A DNA stretch of 64,000 nt from Owenia fusiformis (Eukaryota), in assembly GCA_903813345.2 (NCBI GenBank), contig CAIIXF020000001.1, forward strand, positions 16,554,001 to 16,618,000, in the 5' to 3' direction. Shown in pieces: positions 1 through 14,063 of the stretch; the stretch's first letter is position 1; the number at the start of each line of letters is the position of its first letter. Position numbers and translations under genes: made by a program. The notes under the pieces were generated by a model that searched no databases, was not told where the DNA came from, and saw nothing but the letters and a program-made list of their open reading frames with translations.

Positions 1-192
1 TTTGTTATATGAACACTCAATGTGTAACATAAACATTTAGTGTCTTATGTGAAAATTCAGTGGGCCACATGGACGTTTAGTGTTACATGAACATCCATTG
101 TATGACCATTAACAATACATTATGTGACATATGAGCAAACGTTACGTAAAATACAATTTGTGATACATTCATGGCCGACCATATACAATGTA

Positions 193-1288
193 CGAGGGGT
201 GATCAATAAGTAATGGACGCTTTTTTACACAGATACTTTTTATAGACCAATCCCTTTGATTTTCCTACCAGTGATACATCATTCAATTATCTATCAACTC
301 TGAAGATTTGAAGACAAAATATCTAATACAGGTTGATATATCCTTATGTCTGTGAAGGAGGTACAGGTACCCCAGGACCGACATTTACGTCACATATTCT
401 GAAGCTATTTTAGCTTGTTTAACATGCAGTGCAGTTGAATGCAGGCTGTACAAAACAAACCATAATGCTCATGAATTACCCCCATTTTGTTTTGCCATAG
501 TTGATTTTAAATATTTTATCATCACTATGTGGTATTCATGTCATATTCATTCCACAGGGCACTCTATATAGGTTCCATAAAGTGCTACATGTACACAATT
601 CCTCATCCTCTTAACTCAAGATTGTGAGACAAGGCTGAATCCATTCTCTGACATGGTAGCAAGATGCAGTTGCATGGGTTGTTTTATCATGTTTATTTCA
701 TCAATGTCAATAAACCTACATCCTTTCTCTATAGAAATAAGTAGTATAGAAATTAACAAGTCACATGTGAGCAGATCTGGACAATATGGTGCATTGGCCA
801 AGGGCTCGATTTTGAGTTCCAGGGATATTGTTTTCCGAACATTTTGAGATCTGTTGGCAGGTGCATTGTCCATATGGAGTAGGGTGTTCCCTTCTCTCAC
901 CACCCCTTTCTTCCACAATGCTTTCTCAAATTGACCTGCAAACCCCTTCCATACAACACTCTGACATCACAATACTTTCTGTTTATGTGTTACCAGTCAG
1001 CAAAAAATTTCAAACAACACAACACTTGTTGCACATAAAAAGTTCCAATCTAACTGAAATTTACCAAACTGGCTAAAAACTGAATATGTGACGTAAATGT
1101 CGGTCCCGGGGTACCCGTACCTCCTTCACGGAAATAAGGATATATCAATAAGTATTATATATTTTGTCTTCAAATCTTCAGAATTGATAGATAATTGAAT
1201 GATGTATCACTGGTAGGAAAATCAGAGGGATTGGTCTATAAAAAGTATCTGTGTAAAAAAGCGTCCATTACTTATTGATCACCCCTCG
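193..1288 (-). mobile_element. Mariner-derived defective DNA transposon with long (~200 bp) TIRs
   Basis: TA|CGAGGGGTGATCAATAAG...CTTATTGATCACCCCTCG|TA. The inverted match extends ~193-400 vs ~1081-1288. Internal ORF 616..918(-) carries mariner catalytic motifs (LLHMDNAPA ... APYCPDLLTCD, cf. HDNAPxH / PYSPDLAPxD) but lacks the N-terminal part. Confidence 0.9.
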
Positions 1289-1674
1289 TATTACATGAGC
1301 ATAATATGTGTTATATTAGCACGTATTGTGACCAAACCTCGCTGTTATTAATAAGTCTAGGATTATGGGCAATCTCTCTTTTGACCTAGTGAATGTTTTA
1401 GCCAATATGATTTCAACTCTATATATTGTCATCAATGTCCGACTTTGTATTCTAGCGTAGATACATGTATGTCTGTCATGTTTTATATAATGGTTAATTT
1501 ATTGTTACACAATCCATGTATTTATATTTATATTTCAATTGTTTCAATGACATGTGTACGTTTTGTTTAGATTTAAACATCCATACGGTTAACACGTATA
1601 TTAATGTGAAATAAAAAAGACAAAAATATCTATACAAAAGTTTACTTTTAAATTATTTTCTAATTTCAAAAATA

Positions 1675-2021
1675 CAGGGTGGGCCAATAAAAATTGGAAC
1701 ATTATTCTATTTATTCAATTATCTTTATTTTTGCAGTTCAATCCACAAAAATTCAGATAATGGTAAACTGATTATTTGTGAAATTTTCTGCATGTGTCAT
1801 AAAAAATTCTCAAGCAGAGAAAATTTGGAATATGTTCATGACTTACACAGTATACAGATCATGACCATGAGAAGCCAAATATAATCATACATACATATTT
1901 GTATCATTGACATTTTCACAAATAATCATTTTATCATTATCTGAATTTTTGTGGACTGAACTGCAAGTATAAAGAAAATTGAATAATTAGAAAATGTTCC
2001 AATTTTTATTGGCCTACTCTG
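1675..2021. mobile_element. Tc1/mariner-type MITE
   Basis: TA|CAGGGTGGGCCAATAAAAATTGGAACATT...AATGTTCCAATTTTTATTGGCCTACTCTG|TA, with ~110-bp imperfect TIRs and no coding sequence. Confidence 0.8.
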
Positions 2022-4018
2022 TAGATGTATTTGTTACAGGGTGGTCCAGAAGTAATGTCAAAGATGTTGCCATTTCAAAACTACTAGACCAATCTTCTAG
2101 AAACTTGGTACCGATGTTCCCCAAACATTATTCAGTGCATTCCCCAAATATAAAGATTCTACTAGTTGATTGGTTAATTTCATGGTAACTACAGCAACCA
2201 AATGTGACGCAGGAAAAATTTAATAAAGACAATATTACTGTCAATTTTAAACACTTTATTTTATCAAAATCATGAACACTTAATTGCTCATTTATTGTAT
2301 ACATCGGATTATAATATATCTAGTGCTGCTATATAAATGAAGAAGAAATGGTCTTAGCGCCTGGCAGGGGGCACATTTCATGTTAATGAATGCTCTTTCG
2401 TGGGAGTGTTGTTTATAACAAGATCAACATTGATGTAGAATTTGGTTCCGATCAACAACAAAAATACTCGTATATACATATAGAAAATACAATAATATTT
2501 AGATAATAGTTGTATAATGCAACAAATAACAATCAACAAACGTTGAGTAAGGATAAAATACCCCTGATCATCATTACTATAATGAACATCATTGTTTGAA
2601 TAGAGCAATTAAAGTACGTGACATTAGGAGTTATAAAACATGTAATTTTTAAATGCAATCTTCACAATAATACATTATGATATCTAAAATACTATATTTA
2701 AAGAAACAATATCTTTCAAATCGGGCTTTTGTTTACATTGTTTGATTGGATAATATATGAAGGCTCCTATGTACCCTGAATAAATTGAAATAATACCTAA
2801 AACTAACGCATGTTCATATTTATAGATTGCAAATTGGCAAGTTTCATATACCGACACAATCATATATATTATATATATATCAATACTGTCATGCCATCAA
2901 AATAATATTCATGCATGATTGATCATCATGTGAAATAATGATTAACAAGAACAAAAGATGGCACACTTGTACATATTATTTAGAAACTGGTAACGATTTT
3001 TGGACCGCTCTTTACATCGGTTCCTTCAAGCATTTACGGCATCTTTGTGATATAAACATCTTCGGTTGTGGCACATCGGTGCTCCCCCAATAAGAAACAA
3101 TGTGTTTGGTGCCCTGTTGACATTCACCCGAACATGACTATCAACCCTTGGCTATCAACACTCCGCAGATACCATAAATTGGCCACAATAATCATAAAAC
3201 AAATAACAAAAATACATCAAATTCAAAATGTAAGGTTTTACCTGTCATGTATGAATAAAATATAATTCACACATAGCTAGGCCTGATATATCAAATTCCA
3301 AGGATCACAGTACTTCTAACAATCTGTATTTCTGAAATTACAACCAAGCATGGCTATTGGCTATTTTCAGATTCTAGTGTTTTTTCCCCTTTTAGATTTC
3401 ATCAATTTCATAATTGGTTGGTGGATGCTGGTTTTAGATTTCTGCAGAAAAATAATTGATTTAGCTATTGTTTGGGGTGATTAACTTTGTCTGATTAAAA
3501 GTTTTAATATATCTTGGTAAAATAACGCTTTACTTACTTACTTATTTCCCCGTGATCTTATTTCTTTGACATAACTAAATTTTTGAGAAACGGTGTATAC
3601 TTGGGATTTGAAACTGCAATTGTAATTTTAGATAAAACATAATTTTGAACCCTTTGAAATGAAACTGGCAATTCTAATTATTATGCAGGAGTATTGATTT
3701 AATCGAGATGTTCATACGATTTCAAGTGGCGAAAAACGCAACAAGTTATATCATTTTAAAATATATTTCAACTTTCATAATTTTTTACAATAATATACAT
3801 TAAATGTTCAATATTTTACAATTTAGATCATATCCTCTGATGGCTCAAATTAGCACCTACATTATTGAAAAAACATCAATCCACCATAAATAGTTGGGTT
3901 TGTATAAAATGTGGATATGTCTAGTCAAAAGTAACACATATCCATTTCAGATTACTGAATAACATGGACATTTATTAGCAAACCAATGAGTATTTTTGCT
4001 ATCTGAGTAATCTATATT

Positions 4019-7000
4019 TTACATTATTGAACATGTTTTCGAGGTTTGGTTTATATACAGTACAGTGTCCGACTGGGGCCGTGTTCTGGGTACAGGTTTC
4101 ACTTTCCTTAATCTCTCCTTATCTCTTGGACCCAGACTCAATACTGAGGGAGGTCTTGAATATGGCGGATCGTCCCCTTGGTCCACTTTATCCCAGGTTC
4201 TTGACATCCTGCCGTCATCCACGGCCTCTAATTCTTGTGCCCTGCTTGGAACTTTAGCGAGAACTTCATCTATGGCATCTCGTTCCTCATCAATGATGAC
4301 GTATGATACTATGGTACCATCTTCACATCCTATCACAAGTGTCCGTTGATCCTCACAAAGTTCAACACATGATATAACACTATGAACATCGCATCTTGCT
4401 ATTTCTTTCGCAGACGATCTCTGGATGATGATCACTTCTTGCCCCTCGCAGTACACGATGACCTCACCGTTTAAAGCAATCTTCTTCGGTTGACGTTCTT
4501 GTGGATGGACATTTTTAACGAAATAACCATTGGTTGTGTCGTATACATTTGAGAGGTTGTCTAGACAGAATTTTGTATCTTTGCTGAATAGGATGCGATC
4601 ATCGGTGGGAGATGATTGGGCCAAAAAGTTGTCACATATTTGGGTAACTACTCCACTTCTGATATCTAAGATCAAGAATCCATTGTATTTCACATATACG
4701 CTATCGTTCAGTGTTGAGCGTTCTCTTTGCATGAGATCACGATCCTCTGGTTCAAACTCGTTGTTAAATAGAACGAGGATGGAGTAAGGATTCATGGGAA
4801 TGGGACGGGCGTGGAGGATACGTTTTACATGCTGGAATGCTGTAAAGTCTTTGGCGTTAAACTTATTCAATGGGAAGTCACGTTCCTCCATACTGACTGC
4901 ACATATTGTAGGCCTACTGTGATGGGCGTTCATTTGGTCATAGTCGTCTGCACTGATGATCACCAGGTATTTATCCTCTGGTGTAATGAAGGGCTTGATC
5001 AGCACATACTTGATCGGCTCTTTCAAGGTTTTCTCTATCACCCTTTCACCATCAAACGAATACAAAGTGATGTGATAAGGTTCTTTGAAATTCATCTCTT
5101 TCTGGCATACATGAGCAATTGAGTCCTTGTTTGTGAAAGAGATACAATGTCCCCCTACATTACCGAATTCCTTGATCACCTTCCTGTCGCCAAGATACCA
5201 TATCTTGTTACTGCAATTTGGTTTCTTTGGCTTCAGGGACACAAGGGTATACTCTCCATTTGGTGATATTGCTAGATCTGTTACTGGACTCTCGTGGGTC
5301 AACAAATCCTGGAGTTGACCGGTTGTCATATCAATCACACCGACCTCGTCACTGTCATGGCATCTTACAAACGCTTGACTGGCATCCTCGGTGAACTGAA
5401 TTTCAGCTACGGATCCAGTGAGTTTATCTAGAAGTCGACTTTGGTTGATTGCTGCTTCGAAATTCCAAACATGTATGGCACAGGAATCCTGTAGGTGTGT
5501 CAAAATCTGCTTGCTATGCTTTGGAATCATCATATCAGCAATAATACCGACGGGGGCTTGAAGCGTTGTGATCAACTTCCCATTAGAGATACTGTAGACA
5601 TAGACATTTCTGAATATAGAGAGCAGTACGAATTTGTCTTCACGTGAGAAATCTGCTTGTGTGAAGGCGATGTCAGTGTAGTGTGACTTTGGCAGCTTGA
5701 ACTCTTTTGGAATGTCGTTTGGCCTTTGGAATCGATGTACCAGCTGTTGGATCTCCATGTTGTAGAGCGCAATGTTGTTTAACCCACGGACCAAGAGATA
5801 CTGCTCATTGTTGGATAACTTGAGATGTTTGATACGATCATCAGGGAGGCAGTCTTCAAACGCAATTTTGTACGTAAGTTCAACATAGCCATTGTTGATA
5901 TGGGCAACCATGACTTTGTTTTCTGTTGGGGTAAAAACGAACGCCCTAGTACTGTCCTTAGAATATATAATACCAGATGGTTTGTACTCAAGTGGAATCG
6001 TTGAGATGTGAACCAGTGATGTAAGATCATATGACATCAAGTGCTCATTTGAATTGCAGAAAACACATTTGGAATCTGGCGTAATCTCACATATGGTGGT
6101 TTTCCCATCAAGTCCAAGAATTTGTAAAAATTTACACGTGTGTACATCTGCTATACATAGATAACTGGACTCTGTGGTGACGATCAAGCAGATGAAATCA
6201 TTGGAAACACTGATACAGTTCATTTTGTATTTTTCCTTTGGAGAGAGTTGAATATGATTCATTGGAATCAACTGTCCCAGAAATTCTCCACTGTTAGCTT
6301 TGTGTACCTTCACAGTTTTCTCCGTGACGTGGTCGACAATAACAAGATAGTTGCCATCTGGTGTTGTAAACATGTCGCCGCTTGATGCAATAATGTCATT
6401 CTTGTGCTCTCCGGTTGCAATATCAAGGACGTGGACATTGGCAATGTTTCTTGCTTTCGCAAGGAGATATCGGGAATCGGACGTCAAGAAGAAATCCTGG
6501 ATACTTGATGACGTTTGTATGGTATATTGTAAAGGACTGCCGGGAATTTGGTGGTATGGGAAATTTGGAATGAGGGCACATCTCTTCAGGCCATCTTTGT
6601 CACACTGTCGAATTAAGTCTCGTATATTTGAATGTGTGGCATAGTATGTCATCAATCGCCCGGATATTTCTATAGCCATATTGTCGATGTTACTCTCTAT
6701 GATTGGTTGAGCGCCTCGCATAGCATCTTCAAGCAGACTGGCTTCTGTACTTGGGTTGAGGGCGAAATCTTGAATGATATGCTGAAGAGATAATGCTTTC
6801 ATCTTGTTATAAAGCCACTCGTAGTTAAAAAGAACCAGTTGGTTTAGCTCCTTTCGCCTCCCTGACATAAGCAAATGGAGTGGCACTTGATCGTACTTCC
6901 GTTTGTTGAAACGAGTGGTCCCTTCACTGCTTTGGAATGTCAGGGGCTGGGATGGTACGAATCGATCAGCCTCACCATGCGGTTGCTCATTAAAAGTGAG

Positions 7001-10000
7001 TGTCGCATTTTCTTCATCTATGATGTCGTAGGGTTTAGGTGTACCATGCCAAGTACCTAGGAAGTAGTCAGCGAGACAAGAATGTGTGTCCTTAATTACC
7101 TTATCAGCGGAAAGATACCTCTGTTTGATGGTTTCACAAAACAAACGGTGACTGAAATCAAACACAGTAACACCATCAGCTTCTTTTTGGACCATAAACG
7201 CATCAATGTCACTTCGCAAGTGAAGCCAGAGAAGTGGTGGTAAACGACGCACTGTTGGTGTGGACGTTTTGAGAACCTCATTCATAACAACTTCATCAAG
7301 GGATAGAAGATCTTCTATCTCACAATCACTAAGTCCTGTGTGCGACGCTGCTATATATGCTATTGCGTGCGAAGTCAGTATGGAACCATGTTTAAGCTCT
7401 AGTCGATCAAACATAGCATTGATGAACGACGTGCAGTCGCTATATGGTATTTCCTCGATTTTCTCATACGAACTTAATGTCTTTACACCGTTTGCTACGA
7501 GCTTGACAAATAAAGGAAGGCCACATTTTGCAAATGCTTTCTGTACTGCACTCGTTTGTTCCATGGTAAGTGAGCGCTGATCAACGTTCAAAAGAGTTTG
7601 TAAAAGATCAGTACAGTCTGTAACACTTAAATTGTCCACATGGACAAAGCTGGAACCATCTTTGATGACTTCGTTCTGGAGACGATGAAGTATCTGTGTT
7701 TCATCTGGAGTGGATGTCGTCACAATAATCTTCACATTGAAGTTCAAGTTCTTTGGTATCCAGTAGAGGAAATGGGCATTGTATTCCTGGGCAAGAACAT
7801 CGAGGTTGTCCAACAAAATAACCAAATATTGGTCCTCGGGGAAGGATCTGAGTCGTTCTTGAAAGTAGGACAAAAGATCCTTGTATTCCGCCGGTATTTT
7901 TGACACGTCAAATCCGAAGAGACACGCCAGCTGGGTGCAGATATTGTGGAGTATTTGTCGAATATCTGAGCTAGCAGGTGTTAAACCGATTTGTCGTACG
8001 ATCACAGTGACATTTTGGAGACACTCGCCAATCTGAAAAAATAAATGATATGCATTCAATTGCCTTAAAATCACTACTGTAATAGCATTATATAGAGCAA
8101 TGCCGATCAAACAAAGTACCAACCTACAGAGGCCACAATACTGTAGTAGATTGTCTGTTCACAACTAATTTAACCAATCCTTCATAATCTCGTCTTTCTT
8201 ACCTCATCTATGGCCTTTCCAATGATAGCACTTTTCCCGGAACCTGCATCGCCGTAAAGGACCAACGGTTGCGTGTCACCTTCATATAGAATATATGAGT
8301 GAATTTTGTCCAGGATGTCCTCTCGACCAAAAAAACTTTGGCAGCAGTTTTTGTAATGCAGCATGTGTTGTCTGACTTCATCAAACACTGGGAATGGACT
8401 GGATATGTCGGTTTGCTTAGTAACCACGTCATCGATTAGTCTTTGTAGGCATTCATGAGCGGTATTGCTAAACTGATCTAAGTAAGACTTGTGGAGGGTT
8501 GGGTTAATCCCTCCTTCAAATCTCCACAAAACTTGAAATGTCTGAATTGTTTCGGTGGCAGACCATTTCTGGAGCTTGTTCTCAATTAAATCAGTGAGAA
8601 GATCTTGAACTTCACTATCAATCTTGGTCTTCTCTTCTTTATCATCGTATGTGACTTCCATGAACTTCGGGGTTATTGGTTCATTGATGTAATTTTTTAG
8701 GTCGACTATTTTTCGTACAAAGACCTGGCACTCGTGTTGGGCTGTAGACGCTTTACCAATGCCTTCGATTACTTCACTTTCTAGTTCTGGAAACAAAGTA
8801 AGCATTTGGTAAATAATCGCAGAGCACAAACGGCAACATTTGAAAACAAGAACATACTAAAATTTGAAGAACAATTACACATCAGCCTCGATAGAAGCAA
8901 CATTTAAATTTGTGAACAGTAGGGGTCAAACATGACTTAGAAAGCAAAGGTGACGCATTAAATGTAACTTGCGAGGTTGTACTCAAGACTCAAGACAGTA
9001 CTCGCCCAGTGCAATACCAGGAGAGTGAAGATGACAATGTCGGACATTGAGAACAAGGTAGTACTGTTTTATGTAATATCAAACAAAATTACTAGCTTAA
9101 CTGGAGAAAAATATTTTCTGTACCCGATCTTACGATGATAAAGAAGAGAAGACCAAGATTGATAGTGAAGTTCAAGATCTTCTCACTGATTTAATTGAGA
9201 ACAAGCTCCAGAAATGGTCTGCCACCGAAACAATCTGCTATTTCAAGTAAAGAGCATACGGTTTCCTATGGCATTTAGAGGGAGCTATTTGATTACAATA
9301 CATCAACAATCAATATCCTTTTAAACAGTGATCGTATGCATCGATTCAGTAGATGTGTTGCATAAAATAACATACCAGATATACAATATTTGTGTTTCGA
9401 TTCTGCGGGTAATTTTTCTTCAGTAATAGCATACTCGACACCAAGCTGTAGGAGTTTTCTCAATGTAGTTTGGACACCCTCCCATCTTTCTTTTCCTTGC
9501 TTTTGCATTTCCTCGTTATCCTGAAATACAAGAAAAACGTAAATATTGACTGAATATCGTATCGTTATTATTAAAAAAGAAACAAAAAGGCAGATTAAAT
9601 CAAGATATTTAAATAGTAAAATAAACATGAGAAAAAAATTAAAAATCAACCAAAAAGATATATGAACAGCTTCACGTAGGCAATCTCAAGTAATATAGAG
9701 CTTGGCAAAACTTACATTTCTTACACTTACATTATTATTGAAGTCTGTAATGACACTGTTAATTGGTTGCAGAATGTAGACATGTGGGTTGGCGTTCGTA
9801 TCTTTCTTATACCAGATGTCCAGTTGTCCTTGCTCTCTTGTATCTCGGTTCTTGTGATGTAACAAACAGTCCCTGATGATGTCATATTCTGCACCAACTA
9901 TACGGGCTGGTAAAGGCCGTCGACCATATCTCTGACCAAAAAGTACCTAAAGGGGATGACAAATTATTGAATAATTCGTGCAGGCTACGCCGTGTATAGT

Positions 10001-11385
10001 ATTTCAATTACGAATTACGGTAATGCGATCATTATTTCCAAAACTAACATTAGTAATTAGAGGCCTATGTCTCACAATAAAACCCGTCTTTATATGTTGC
10101 TTTAGCATTAATAAAGTCTGGGCTAGAAAGGTTGGTTATCGAAACCCCATTGTAATAAATCATAGCATTGCTGAGTTATTGCATGGCAATTACCACTTTG
10201 ATATCGACAGTTTGCTTCAGACTCAGAGGATAGACACAACTCGATTCATTTCATAAAAAATATACTTGGATTATACTTATACTTCTCGTTATATCAAGAC
10301 CAATCTCTGGAGATATCTAAAGTTGTAGTACTTTGTTAATTATTCATAAAGGGGTGTCGAATTGAGCTGTTATTGCTTTTTGTTTTAATACAGTTATTAG
10401 TAAGTAGTGCTCTCACCATGAAGTTTGGACCGGAAGACAGTTGTTTGCATCTTTGTATTTCTTTAATGTGTAATTGTAAGGCAGAGTGGTCGTTCCACCA
10501 ACTCTCCTGTACACCCCATCGTAGGTCAACAACCTGCAAGTGACAGTAGATAAAGACTGAAATATTTCAATGCTACTGAGAATTTGATTGGAGATAGATT
10601 TGAATATTTCGAGAATACGATACGCACATGTAACTTGAAAATCAAAATTGAAACAAATTTGCCAATAGTCATTAAAATTGAATGACTAAAAATATCATCA
10701 ATCGTACATTTATATTGATATTAATTAGTACGTTATTAACTAACATTAATTACTAATTTACATCACCCATGACTCCCAAGGGAATCGCAGGGGCCACTTA
10801 TATGGTATACTGTATAATATACACCACTTACCTGGAAATCGTGGCCATATTTTTCACGGCAATATTCTCGTAATTTTGGATAAACCCTCTCCACCAATGC
10901 ATTTCGTTCTTGAACTGTATCTAAAATAACATAAATTCTAGATATAATTCTATGAATATAAATGAAACATAGTACTATATAAGGCATATACACCATGTAG
11001 GCTTATATACGATACAGTACGCTAGATGCAGGCAATTCAACATTAATAGTCTAGACATAGGTGACGTGATTCGCGTTTACGTTCGATTTGTTTTACAATG
11101 GGCTCTCTTGAATGCCCATGGTTTTACACAGGTGGCAGGATTCATACATTAAGAGTTGATTTGTTTTTATTATTACAAAATTTCAAAATTTGGGATTTAA
11201 GTTCAAACCATCATTTTGAATAAATGAGTGTCACACGTTAGGTACTTACCAGTCCACGTAGCACTCATGTAGACCCTGACAACCTTTGCTGGGATATCAG
11301 GTACATCCTGCAGGCGACATTTCCCTCCAAGTATATCATGGACGAGATCATTTTCCTCAAGAACTAAACTTTTTAAAAGTTCCAT
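4019..11385 (-). CDS. NACHT and WD repeat domain-containing protein (NWD1/NWD2-like), ~1766 aa
   Basis: Exons (-): 11385-11250, 10920-10832, 10533-10417, 9946-9731, 9520-9376, 8786-8203, 8032-4019. All introns are GT-AG with consistent phase (5301 nt total). N-terminal DUF4062-like segment (VRVYMSATWTD..ERNAL..YPKLREYCREKYG..VVDLRWG), Walker A LYGDAGSGKS, Walker B LVILLDNLD, then a long beta-propeller-like C-terminus ending CSIM*. Confidence 0.9.
9131..9234 (+). repeat. 104-bp inverted duplicate of NWD exon 6 (8546-8649) located in intron 5
   Basis: 9131-9234 (TACGATGATAAAGAAGAGAAG...GCCACCGAAACAAT) is the reverse complement of 8546-8649. I found no mismatch by eye. Confidence 0.92.
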
Positions 11386-12539
11386 TTTAGTTTAACATCT
11401 GTTGATTAGACTATTAGATAATTCATTCTTCCAGTAAATCCAGTAGCAGATTTAACAAACATGTGTAAACCTTGTTTTAACCATTCAGTTAAATATGCAT
11501 ATGGTTTTATCGCCAATAACATGTAAGTTGTATTTCCAATGGCTGCTTATTGCTTTTACCATTCATAGTGTAAGGTCCCTGGTTACCCATAGCGACAGTA
11601 AACTAAGTCTATTTGTTCGTACACTTTGCTCTTGATTAAGTGGGAGCGTTTGTTATTTATTAACCATTTCTATATACTTAGCGATAATTTTGCCAAGAAT
11701 GGTAATCAATAACTACATACCCATAATTACATACTTCTCTTTAAGTTTAAGTTGACATCAAAGAGCTTTTTAATTAAATGCGCTTAAAATAAATCCGATA
11801 CCTTTATAATGTTTATATTGATATCATTCGAGTGGTATATCGATATTCGAAGACATAGGTATATTTTACCTTACTATACATACTATACAGTCGCAGATTT
11901 CCTCATTGTATTTATCTTTGATACTAATTGAACCAATGCCATTCAATCAATATAGCCTTGTAGTACATGTAGTATTACTAACACGGCTAAAAGATGACAA
12001 TATTCCAAGCAAGAAAAATGTTATTAAATTGATTATTGCGAAGTGTCAAAAAGTGCCGATCAAAGAGGGCCGAGTGAAGAAGACAAATGGAAGTGTTTCA
12101 ATGGGTGCGATGTGTAAATATGTGTGTAAAAATATACACATAAAATAATATGTAATGATTTTTTGTTGTCAATTTTGATGTCTTATTGTCAACTTTGATG
12201 TCTCGTATAACATAGCGTCCGTCCGCTTAATATGGAGACTTTAGTGTTCATTGGATTAAGGTTTAAGCTGTTTTCATACCTGAATGGAACACTGGTATTA
12301 CAAAATGATTATTTCAAGTATATTGACAATTTTCTATAATTTATTTTAATGGCGTTTACAAAATTCCATTAAATACAGTGTGTGTCATATAGACATCATT
12401 TTTATATTTCTATTCCCAATTTATGATTCATGGATTTCACCGTTTCCGAAATCCAGGAATAATTACAGGCCTAAAATGTTGGATGTAACGTCTGAGGTTT
12501 GGCCGAATTATCCAACTCCATAATCTCTACATTGTTTAC

Positions 12540-14063
12540 ATTCAAGCTTCCAGTTAATTACCTACACCATAAAATCAATGTTCTAGCTTCTAGTAAATTA
12601 CCTATCACCATAAACTGTAACGTTCAAGTTTCCAGTAAATTACCTCCCACAATAAAATTAACGTACAAGCCTCGGGTAAATTACCTACCACAATAAAAGC
12701 AATGGTAAGCTTCCAGTAAGTTGCCTACCACCATAAATTGTAACGTTCAAGTTTCCAGTAAATTACCTACCACAATAAAATTAACGTTCAAGCCTCGGGT
12801 AAATTACCTACCACAATAAAAGCAATGGTAAGCTTCCAGTAAATTACCTACCACCATAAAGTGTAACGTCCAAGCTTCCATGAATTGCCTACCACCATAA
12901 AATGTAACATTCGTGTTTCCATAAATTGACCTATCACAGTGAAATGTAACGTTCAAGCCTCAAATGAATTACCTATCACAATTAAATTTTAACGTTCAAG
13001 CCTCTGGTATCTGCCATCATAAAGTGTAACGTTCAAGCCTCCAGTAAATTACCTGCCACCATAAAGTGTAACGTTCAAGCATCCAGTAAATTACCTGCCA
13101 CCATTAAGTTTAACGTTCAAGCCTCCAGTAAATTACCTACCACCATAAAGTGTAACGTTCAAGCATTCAGTAAATTACCTACCACCATAAAGTGGAACGT
13201 TCAAGTTTCCAGTAAATTGTCTACCACCATAAAATGTGACGTTCAAGTTTCCATAAATTGCCTCGTTGACCAATGTGACGTTCAATCTTCAAATAAATTA
13301 CCTACCACAATGAAATGTAACGTTCAAGCCTCTGGTAAATTACCTGCCACCATAAAGTGTAACGTTCAAGCCTCCAGTAAATTACCTGCCACAATAAAGT
13401 GTAATGTTCAAGCATCCAGTAAATTACCTACCACCATAAAATGTAACGTTCAAGCTTCCATCAATTACCGACCACCATAAAATCTAACGTTCAAATTTCC
13501 ATAAATTGCCTACCAATGACACGTTCAAACTTCAAATAGATTACCTACCACAATAAAATGTTACGTTCAAGCCTTTGGTAAATTACCTGCCACCATAAAG
13601 TGTAACGTTCAAGCCTCAAGTAAATTACCTACCACCATAAAGTGTAATACGTTCAAGCTCCCAGTAAATTACCTACCACCATAAAGTGTAACGTTCAAGC
13701 CCCAATTTCCATAAATTGCCTACCAATGACACGTTCAAACTTCAAATAGATTACCTACCACAATGAAATGTAACGTTCAAGCCTTTGGTAAATTACCTGT
13801 CACCATAAAGTGTAACGTTCAAGCCTCCAGTAAATTACCTACCACCATAAAGTGTAACGTTCAAGCTCCCAGTAAATTACCTACCACCATAAAGTGTAAC
13901 GTTCAAGCTCCCAGTAAATTACCTACCACCATAAAGTGTAACGTTCAAGCTCCCAGTAAATTACCTACCACCATAAAGTGTAACGTCCAAGCCTCCAGTT
14001 AATTACCTACCACCATAAAGTGTAACGTTCAAGCCTCTAGTAAATCACCTATCACCATAAAGT
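12540..14063. repeat. 42-bp minisatellite, ~1.5 kb
   Basis: Unit ~AAGTGTAACGTTCAAGCCTCCAGTAAATTACCTACCACCATA, which translates as KCNVQASSKLPTTI repeats in the ORF track. Indels and stops occur across the array. Confidence 0.95.

Noticed and set aside
2355-2375. CTCF-like motif CCTGGCAGGGGGCAC
   Set aside because: A single imperfect match without supporting evidence.
8033-8122. N-terminal 30 aa of the 1367-aa ORF, resembling a signal or TM peptide
   Set aside because: Intronic read-through. The acceptor at 8033-8034 joins in phase to the upstream NACHT P-loop exon.
13217-14002. ORFs of repeated KCNVQASSKLPTTI
   Set aside because: Translations of a 42-bp minisatellite. Frames are interrupted and there is no start context or splice support.
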